This document shows positions 48,430 to 55,259 of a stretch of DNA of 55,259 nt, piece by piece (the first letter of the stretch is position 1; the number at the start of each line of letters is the position of its first letter). The position numbers and the translations under genes are program-made. This stretch comes from an uncultured bacterium (lineage in GTDB: Bacteria; Zixibacteria; MSB-5A5; CAIYYT01). The notes beneath the pieces were generated by a model. That model saw only the letters and a program-made list of their open reading frames with translations, was not told the origin of the DNA and did not search any database. The stretch spans positions 1 to 55,259 of the forward strand of contig CAIVAP010000244.1 in NCBI GenBank assembly GCA_903903945.1, read 5' to 3'.

Positions 48430-48809
48430 CCGGTTTTCGCGCGACGCATATGCCTGCGAGTCAAAAGATGAAACGCCACTAGTCCTACCCCAATAAACAG
48501 CGGCACTAGCGCAATCACAATCTCGCCGCCGACCGGATCATGGTTGGCATCGGCTCCAATCACCAAAGCGATCAAGAAACCGATACCCACGGCCGCCGAC
48601 ACGATTCCCGCCTTGAGGCTGCCATACCCCTCGCGCTCCAATTGCGGAGCCATGCCTTGCTTGATCATCTCCAGCCGCAGTTCGTGGTTCATTTGGATCC
48701 GCTTATAGACGAAGAGGTACACGAGATACGCGATCAGGGCAAAGAACCCGAGACCGAGAACCATTGCGGCCAGCGCTCCAAACATCTCAACGGGATTGAC
48801 CCTGAACAT
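48402..48809 (-). CDS. Small membrane protein (DUF6249-like)
   Basis: Three TM segments, HELRLEMIKQG, SLKAGIV; divergent from the ECF sigma gene. Confidence 0.6.
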   Translation of the reverse strand: MFRVNPVEMFGALAAMVLGLGFFALIAYLVYLFVYKRIQMNHELRLEMIKQGMAPQLEREGYGSLKAGIVSAAVGIGFLIALVIGADANHDPVGGEIVIALVPLFIGVGLVAFHLLTRRHMRRAKTGYLSDSSES

Positions 48810-48901
48810 AACGGTTCCTCCTCTACCGAATATGAGCGATGACGACGGGATTTTGTTTCACAAACGCAACTTTTCTTCCGGAAATGAGTCTATATAACCA
48901 A

Positions 48902-49474
48902 ATGAATACATTGATTGTCGATCTGGATCAGGAATTAATCGAACGCGCTCGTTTGGGAGAACGACAGGCGCTGACCGCGCTGACCAATAAGTATCGCTCG
49001 CGCGTCTTTACACTGATCAACCGGATCATCGATGACTCATCGCGGGCAGAAGAGCTTGCTCTTGAGGCCTTTCTGCGCGCTTTCAAGAACCTTAAGTCAT
49101 TTCGCGGTGATGCCAAATTTTCGAGTTGGCTCTATCGCATCGCCGTCAACGCCGCACTGGCGGAACGATCGAAGAAGCGTGTCGAACAGGTGTCGTTGGA
49201 TTCGCTGGAACACCTTCCCGCCGATCAGTCATCGCGGCCAGATTTCGTCTACCAGGGACTTTTCTGCGGCAAGGTCGTCGATGAAGCGCTTCGCCAACTG
49301 CCTCCCCACTATGCGATGGCGTTGCGGCTGTTCTATCTCAAGGGTGTCGGCTACGTCGAGATTGCTGAACTGATGGTAATCCCCATCGGCACTGTGAAAA
49401 CGTATCTTCACCGCGGCAAACGCGCTTTGCGCGAAATCATTTCCGGCAAATACTCCCGGGAGGAATTGATATGA
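48902..49474 (+). CDS. ECF sigma-70 factor
   Basis: FRGDAKFSSWLYRIAVN, EIAE...GTVKTYLHRG. Start uncertain. Confidence 0.93.
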   Translation: MNTLIVDLDQELIERARLGERQALTALTNKYRSRVFTLINRIIDDSSRAEELALEAFLRAFKNLKSFRGDAKFSSWLYRIAVNAALAERSKKRVEQVSLDSLEHLPADQSSRPDFVYQGLFCGKVVDEALRQLPPHYAMALRLFYLKGVGYVEIAELMVIPIGTVKTYLHRGKRALREIISGKYSREELI

Positions 49475-50007
49475 TTCCTTGTCGGGATGTTCGCTGGAGA
49501 ATGAAGACATTTCTTGATGGATCACTAACGCCTGCCCACAGCGATCTGATCCGGGAACACATCGACTGCTGTGCTTCGTGCGCCGTCGAACTCGTTGAGG
49601 AAGCACGACTGGACGCAGTCTCGTCTGAAGACGTGAGCGCGCCGGACGACTTTACCGAAAAGCTCTTGTTACATTTCCCTGAGCCAACTGTCTCGACGAT
49701 TCTCTTCAAGTATCTGTGTGGCACTTTTGCTCTGAGCGTAATCGTCGGAGTTTCAATCTTCGCTCTCTGGCGTCACTTCGCGCAGCCCGTGCGCCCGCTG
49801 CTGACTGAACTCCGTTGGAACAATCTCAGTAGTCTGGAGAGTTCATTCCCCTGGTTGGAGCAAATCACGGGCAGCCCCATTTTTAACTACATGATGCTTG
49901 CGCTTCTGGCGACTCTGCTGACAGTGGTGCTGATCGTCATTGTCGATCATCCGAGAGGTCGCCGTACAGTATCCGCGAGCCGACTTGGTCGCATCAATTC
50001 TTTGTAG
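49471..50007 (+). CDS. Anti-sigma factor (zf-HC2/ZAS) with TM helices
   Basis: HIDCCASC (HxxxCxxC); overlaps the sigma gene. Confidence 0.85.
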   Translation: MIPCRDVRWRMKTFLDGSLTPAHSDLIREHIDCCASCAVELVEEARLDAVSSEDVSAPDDFTEKLLLHFPEPTVSTILFKYLCGTFALSVIVGVSIFALWRHFAQPVRPLLTELRWNNLSSLESSFPWLEQITGSPIFNYMMLALLATLLTVVLIVIVDHPRGRRTVSASRLGRINSL

Positions 50008-50048
50008 GGCAGATCTTCCGCCTACGTGACCGTTAAGAACCCGGGAAT

Positions 50049-50195
50049 TGTCATTGCGAGGAGTCAGGGTGGGCGAGAGAGGGGAGGGCAATGACGACGA
50101 GGCAAACTGTGCGTCCGCATCTGGAGAGCACAAATCGAGATTGCTTCGTCGTGCTCCACACCCCACATCACCTCTCCGCACTCCTCGCAATGACA
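50049..50195. repeat. 147-bp palindromic repeat element, copy 2
   Basis: Same termini and closely similar interior to 28424-28570. Confidence 0.85.
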
Positions 50196-50305
50196 CGGTC
50201 TGGGCCTTTTCGACAACCAGCGTATGGGAGATTCGGGGGATCAAGAGCATATACGCGCGTGCCGCGAGTATGTGTAGGCGTGCAACCCGGAGAGAGCCAA
50301 TTCAG

Positions 50306-51115
50306 CTATTTCAGATACTGCCGCAACCTGTCAATCAGCATCCGCACCAATTGAGGCTCGGTATTGACCAGCGCATTGCCATAGCGGAAAGTGTCAAAAA
50401 CCTTGACATCAAGCACTCTCGAAATAACATCCGACAGGAGGTTTAATGACTCCATCGAATAAATGTCCTGCTTGGCGGTAGCCATGAACAGCGGGCGCTC
50501 GCCATAGTCCTTGATTGCCTTCCCGATTTGCAGGCCGCTGTATTCCAGCCCGGGGGAAATCAGCGCCGTGAACCGCACACCGGGCTCATCGACGGCGTAA
50601 AGCAGCCCGATGCTTCCTCCCAGTTCTGCGCCGACAACGGCGATTCTTGCCGAATCGAGCATCTTGCCATGTTCGGTGAACAACTTCTTGACCAACAGTC
50701 GAATATCGGCCGGATAGAGGGCTTGCTCTCCGATGTAGAACGTGTTCGGCGGCCGATTCTGACCGGTGCGAAAATCATAGATGGAATAGCCGCAGCCACG
50801 CAGGTCCATAGCAAAGACCGCAAAATCTGACGCACAAAGATCATCCACAAGATTTTTCCAGGCACCGTGTGTCTCTGCCGTTTGGTGAAGCAATACTACC
50901 AAAGGCAGCTTGGTCAGTTTCGCGCTCTTCGGCCGGTATAGATTCCCAACCAACTCCAGACTGTCCGGAGTCATCACAGTAACCTCAGCGGAATCGGGCC
51001 AAGGCCACTGTCGCGCCATCGTTTGGTCTGAAACGAAGAGACTCGCCGCGATAGCCAGCAGAAGAATAAGGAAAGTTTTTGCCACGATGGATTGCCTCAG
51101 AATATCGTATTGCAT
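50306..51115 (-). CDS. Exported alpha/beta-hydrolase-fold protein, nucleophile apparently absent
   Basis: VVLLH, MDLRGCG, VVGAELGG, ISPG. N-terminal signal peptide. Confidence 0.75.
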   Translation of the reverse strand: MQYDILRQSIVAKTFLILLLAIAASLFVSDQTMARQWPWPDSAEVTVMTPDSLELVGNLYRPKSAKLTKLPLVVLLHQTAETHGAWKNLVDDLCASDFAVFAMDLRGCGYSIYDFRTGQNRPPNTFYIGEQALYPADIRLLVKKLFTEHGKMLDSARIAVVGAELGGSIGLLYAVDEPGVRFTALISPGLEYSGLQIGKAIKDYGERPLFMATAKQDIYSMESLNLLSDVISRVLDVKVFDTFRYGNALVNTEPQLVRMLIDRLRQYLK

Positions 51116-51123
51116 AGCACTAC

Positions 51124-52272
51124 CTAAATTACAGTGCTCTCCTCGCCAGATACCGCTCCGACAAATCGGTGCGGCGACAGCGGGGAAATATCAAATGATG
51201 CTTTTTCGTCGCAAATCACCTCGGCGGTCACGATTCCGGCAGCCGGCGCATGCATGAAGCCGTGCCCCGAGAATCCGGTGCAATGGAAGAAACGGGGGTA
51301 TTCGCCACTCGGGCCAATAACCGCATGATGATCAGGCGTAGATTCGTACAATCCGCCCCAGGCCGTTTTGATTTCGGCGGTCTCAAGCTGCGGGATACGG
51401 TCGAGTCCCTTCATTAGAATTGAGTCGGTGTATTCCGGATCAACCGATTCATCAAAACCTTCCGGCGTATTTTTGTCCGCCCAACCGAGTAACAGTCCTC
51501 CCGACTCCTTGTGTGTATACAATCCTGAACCGATATCGACGACCATTGGGAATGACTCAGAGATAAAATCCAGGGGCGCCGTGGTCACGATCTGGCGCTT
51601 GATCGGCACGACCGGCAGATCGATGCCGAGAAATCCGGCGATCTGACGCGCATAGGGACCGGCGGCGTTGACCACAGTGTTGGTCAGCAACTCGCCGTTG
51701 TTGGTCTTGACGGACGTGATCTTATCGCCACTAGCGGCAATGCCCAGTGCTTCGGTCTCCAGCAAAAATTTGACACCCAACTTGCGCGCCGCACTGACAT
51801 AGCCCTGCGTAAACTGATGGGGGTCGCCGATGCCGTCTTTCTTGGAGAACGTGCCAGCCAGAATGTCATCCACATTGAGCACCGGCACTAAACTCTTGAT
51901 CTCATCCCGTGACAACCACTGTGCCGGCACGCCCACCCGCTTCCACATCTCGAACTGTGTACGGAATGACTTTACCTGTTCATCATTGGTTAGCACAAAC
52001 AGATAGCCGACCTGATCGAACTGCACTTCGGCATCCATGTCCTGTGCGAAGGTCTCAAACTTGTCCTCCGACAACAGCGACATTCGCACGTTGATTTCCG
52101 AACTGAATTGTGCGCGAATTCCACCGGCGCATTTGGCCGTGGAACAGTTGCCCAGATACTGGTCTTTCTCCACGACCGCGATCTTGCCGTAATTCTTCTT
52201 GGCCAAATGATATGCCACTGCCGCCCCGATAATCCCGCCGCCTATGATTACAATGTCGTAGCTCTCTGACAT
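51124..52272 (-). CDS. FAD-dependent oxidoreductase (DAO/sarcosine oxidase beta-like)
   Basis: IIGGGIIG, STAKCAGGIR, TPDHHAVIG, GFSGHGFMHAP. Confidence 0.9.
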   Translation of the reverse strand: MSESYDIVIIGGGIIGAAVAYHLAKKNYGKIAVVEKDQYLGNCSTAKCAGGIRAQFSSEINVRMSLLSEDKFETFAQDMDAEVQFDQVGYLFVLTNDEQVKSFRTQFEMWKRVGVPAQWLSRDEIKSLVPVLNVDDILAGTFSKKDGIGDPHQFTQGYVSAARKLGVKFLLETEALGIAASGDKITSVKTNNGELLTNTVVNAAGPYARQIAGFLGIDLPVVPIKRQIVTTAPLDFISESFPMVVDIGSGLYTHKESGGLLLGWADKNTPEGFDESVDPEYTDSILMKGLDRIPQLETAEIKTAWGGLYESTPDHHAVIGPSGEYPRFFHCTGFSGHGFMHAPAAGIVTAEVICDEKASFDISPLSPHRFVGAVSGEESTVI

Positions 52273-52470
52273 CAAACTCCTCCTCAATCACCAGAGGTCA
52301 GGCGATATGGTAGCCATTTGCCGCCTGGAGTCAAGGAATTTTGGGCGTCGCTTTGGGGGTAATCGTAGCTGGTAGCCCAGGAGAGCGTAGCGCCAAACCC
52401 GACAATATCAGGAGAAAGTAATTTCGGGTTCCGCGTTTCACTGAGAACCCGATCTACCCAACTCGCAGCA

Positions 52471-52947
52471 TCATCCTGTCGTGATTCTCAGAAACTCCAG
52501 CGGCTTCTGACGCACAAACGTGGCTTCGATTATCTCAATGGTTTTCTTCTGACGAGCAAAGGTCAGGAGCGTCTCCGCTTCTTCACGCGTGGCCCATTTA
52601 TGTTCGCTGTGTTCCGACGAGAGTTCGACCGCCTGGTGGGAGTCAATGAATCCGACGAATACTGGCGCGATGTTGATGCAATTCTGGCTCACCTCATAGA
52701 ACAGCTCAACCTCATTGGCGGAGTACAGACGGTCTGGAATCAGCCCGGTCTCCTCCTTGATCTCACGAAGTGCGGCCTGCCATGCCTTCTCGCCTTTCTC
52801 GATCTTGCCTGACACCATTTGCCATGTGTCATTGAGATAGGGCGTGCTGCGTTTGACCATTAGGTATTGCCCTTGGCCGGAATCGACTCGGCAGACATAA
52901 GCGGCTATCGAAAATGATTTGATTGGGACTTCTTCTCGGATATCCAA
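52471..52947 (-). CDS. NUDIX hydrolase
   Basis: GKIEKGEKAWQAALREIKEETGL Nudix box. Confidence 0.9.
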   Translation of the reverse strand: MDIREEVPIKSFSIAAYVCRVDSGQGQYLMVKRSTPYLNDTWQMVSGKIEKGEKAWQAALREIKEETGLIPDRLYSANEVELFYEVSQNCINIAPVFVGFIDSHQAVELSSEHSEHKWATREEAETLLTFARQKKTIEIIEATFVRQKPLEFLRITTG

Positions 52948-53064
52948 TTAAATCCACCTCTCTCCGGCTGGGTAGAATTGTAGTTACGCAAGTAGAAGCC
53001 CGTGGGAGCAACGTGTGCGTCGCCATTGCCCTCGTCCGGGTTTCGCAATTCTGCTAACGCACGT

Positions 53065-53526
53065 TCAATACGCTGTCGCCAATACCTCGCAAACCTCTTC
53101 CAGAAAGCGTCTGTCCTGATCGGTAAACGCCGCCGGAGTGTTTGAGTCGATATCAAGCTCGCCAACAACCACGCCATCCTTGATAATCGGTACAACAATC
53201 TCCGATTTGGTCTCGAACGAACAGGCCAGATAGCGGGGATCGCTGTTGACGTCATCAACAATTATCGTGTTTTCCTCGCGCACCGCGGCGCCGCAAATAC
53301 CGGTGCCGGCTTTTATTCGTGTGTGTGGCGACGGTTTGCCCAGAAACGGTCCCAGCACAAGCTCCTCGTCGGATTCGAGACTGTAAATACCGACCCAATC
53401 ATGGTGGGGGCAGTTGTCTTTCAGAAGCTGCACCGTCTCGAATGGTAGTTTTTTCATGGCGTCGGCGTGACGAGCGACTTCTCGCAGCCGGTCAAGTATG
53501 TCCGAGTGCGAAAGCTGATTAGGCAT
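53065..53526 (-). CDS. GAF-domain protein (free Met-R-sulfoxide reductase MsrC-like)
   Basis: WVGIY, LGPF, GICG, YLAC, SEIVVP, LDIDS. Confidence 0.85.
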   Translation of the reverse strand: MPNQLSHSDILDRLREVARHADAMKKLPFETVQLLKDNCPHHDWVGIYSLESDEELVLGPFLGKPSPHTRIKAGTGICGAAVREENTIIVDDVNSDPRYLACSFETKSEIVVPIIKDGVVVGELDIDSNTPAAFTDQDRRFLEEVCEVLATAY

Positions 53527-53680
53527 ACCCTCTGCTCTGATTCAACATCATCGACTGTAACCCTCGTAGCGACTGCGACATGGGGACCGTTCCACAGCGG
53601 ACAAGCTATGTGCAAAATCGTGGCTGTCAACCGAAACTGTTCGCCTTTAGGGCGGGACAAAGCCTGCCGATGCTTTAATT

Positions 53681-55057
53681 GTGAACAAGACCCCTCGCAT
53701 AATGGTCGTCGACGACGAAGAGTCGATGTGCAACTTCATGGAAATCATGCTCAGAAAAGAGGGTTATGCTGTCTCGACGGCGCTGTCCGGGCGGGAAGCC
53801 ATGGAGCGGATGGACGCAGAACATCCGGACCTGGTCATCTCCGACATCATGATGCCCGGAATGTCCGGCATCGAGCTTCTGACGCAGGCTAAGAAGAGGC
53901 GCGAGGATCTGCATTTCATTGTGATGACTGCGTATGCGTCAGTCGATTCCGCGGTGGAGGCACTCAAAAAGGGCGCTGACGATTACATCACCAAACCTTT
54001 CAAAATCAACGAAATCAAGCAGGTTATCAAGACACTAATACAGTACAGCAGTACGCCGACAGTCGGCAAAGCGGTCAGGGGGAAACGCGCCGATCGCTTT
54101 ACGCTCGATCGATTCATCGGCAAATCCGAAATCATCGTCAAGCTGAAGGAACTGGTGCTACAAATCGCCGAATCCGATTCAATCGCCCTGATCCTTGGCG
54201 AGAGCGGTACCGGCAAGGACTTGATCGCGCGCGCCATTCACGCGCATTCGCGACGTCAGGATATGCCCTTTGTCGCAATCAACTGTGCCGCCATTCCGGA
54301 GCAGCTTCTGGAATCGGAACTGTTCGGACACCAGAAGGGGTCGTTTACCGGCGCGATCAAAGACAAAGAAGGTCTGTTCCACGTAGCGGATGGTGGTGTG
54401 TTGTTCCTCGATGAGATAGGCAACCTGACAACCGGTCTGCAAGTGAAGCTCTTGCGGGTCTTGGAGACACAAGAGTTTACGCCGGTAGGCTCCACGATCC
54501 CGCTTAAGGTTGATGTGCGTCTGATTGCCGCGACCAATTCCGATCTGGAGGAAGACGTCAAGGCCAATCGCTTCCGGGCTGATCTGTTCTATCGGTTGAA
54601 GGTGTTACCGATTTTTCTGCCGCCCCTGTCGCAGCGACGCGAGGATATTTCGCTGTTGGCCGAATATTTCCTTAACCGGCTGGCGGCCAAACACAACGCC
54701 GTGGCAAAGAAACTCTCGCCAGAGGCGGAACGCTTGATCATGGCGTCGGCGTGGCCCGGCAACGTGCGCGAGCTGGAGAATACGATCACACGCGCTTTCC
54801 TGCTGTCGAAGACCGAGACGATCAGGCCCGAGGACTTCCCGGACAAGTTCGCCAAGGAGGAAGTTTCGGAGGAATTGGCGCCGGAACTACCTAATCCGGC
54901 TAACCCGACGCTGGAGTCAATTGAGAAGGCATATATCTTTTGGGTGCTCAATCAGACCGGCTGGCAAAAGGCCAAGGCGGCGAAACTCCTGGGAATAGAT
55001 GCCTCTACACTATATCGAAAAATTGAAAAATACGCCTTAAAGAGGGAAGGGGAGTAG
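53681..55057 (+). CDS. Sigma-54-dependent NtrC-family response regulator (PilR-like)
   Basis: Receiver domain, GESGTGKD, ESELFGH, GSFTGA, FLDEIG, WPGNVREL and Fis-type HTH; lies upstream of a pilin gene. Confidence 0.93.
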   Translation: MNKTPRIMVVDDEESMCNFMEIMLRKEGYAVSTALSGREAMERMDAEHPDLVISDIMMPGMSGIELLTQAKKRREDLHFIVMTAYASVDSAVEALKKGADDYITKPFKINEIKQVIKTLIQYSSTPTVGKAVRGKRADRFTLDRFIGKSEIIVKLKELVLQIAESDSIALILGESGTGKDLIARAIHAHSRRQDMPFVAINCAAIPEQLLESELFGHQKGSFTGAIKDKEGLFHVADGGVLFLDEIGNLTTGLQVKLLRVLETQEFTPVGSTIPLKVDVRLIAATNSDLEEDVKANRFRADLFYRLKVLPIFLPPLSQRREDISLLAEYFLNRLAAKHNAVAKKLSPEAERLIMASAWPGNVRELENTITRAFLLSKTETIRPEDFPDKFAKEEVSEELAPELPNPANPTLESIEKAYIFWVLNQTGWQKAKAAKLLGIDASTLYRKIEKYALKREGE

Positions 55058-55179
55058 CATTGCAAAGTGCAATGGATGTGTTGCAGATTCCTTTCTCCAA
55101 CTCCTCTTTTGAGGATTGTTTCTATTCGCAACTCAAGTCAATCACTGGTCTGCCATGCAGTTAAGACGCGCTCCTGTTT

Positions 55180-55195
55180 TGGCATCACAATTGCA
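55180..55195 (+). promoter_or_regulatory. Sigma-54 -24/-12 promoter
   Basis: TGGCAT-CACAA-TTGCA with canonical GG/GC spacing. Confidence 0.85.
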
Positions 55196-55223
55196 TGGAT
55201 GTGAGCAGACCGTTACGAGGAGA

Positions 55224-55259
55224 ATGATGCGTTACTCAAGACTCAATCAGAAAGGTTTC
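55224..55259 (+). CDS. Start of type IV pilin/prepilin-like protein (truncated by window edge)
   Basis: GAGGAG RBS; MMRYSRLNQKGF ends at the G/F prepilin cleavage site. Confidence 0.75.
   Translation, partial: MMRYSRLNQKGF

Overview
The window has two parts. The left part (1-~14,280) is an accessory island stack integrated at a minus-strand tRNA-Leu(UAA) gene. Two promoter-plus-5'-half tRNA fragments (9108-9146 and 14239-14277) sit inside homologous tyrosine-integrase-type att sites with arm repeats and IHF-like sites. They delimit two units. One is a ~5.1 kb cassette with no recognisable integrase, carrying one large metallophosphoesterase-TPR-degenerate MBL gene and a 26-aa type-I-toxin-like peptide ORF. 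The other is a larger element running off the left edge, with a PRTase/class III nucleotidyl cyclase fusion, a VirD4/TraD-like ATPase, an SSAP-like/Cas4-like nuclease/DUF932 operon and the degenerating trailer end of a type I-C-like CRISPR array. The right part (~14,300-55,259) is ordinary chromosome: fprA, an RRM protein, SPFH/zinc-ribbon genes, ferritin, biotin carboxylase/BCCP/methylmalonyl-CoA mutase/epimerase interrupted by an SBBP-repeat surface protein, a complete nuoA-N operon with a probable Uxx-star selenoprotein between nuoM and nuoN, purF, an ECF sigma/anti-sigma pair, and a PilR-like regulator followed by a sigma-54 promoter and a pilin start. Many REP/MITE-like repeats are present. 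Cohesin and SBBP/FlgD-Ig proteins suggest an FCB-group organism such as Zixibacteria (inference). All calls come from reading motifs by eye; no database searches were run.
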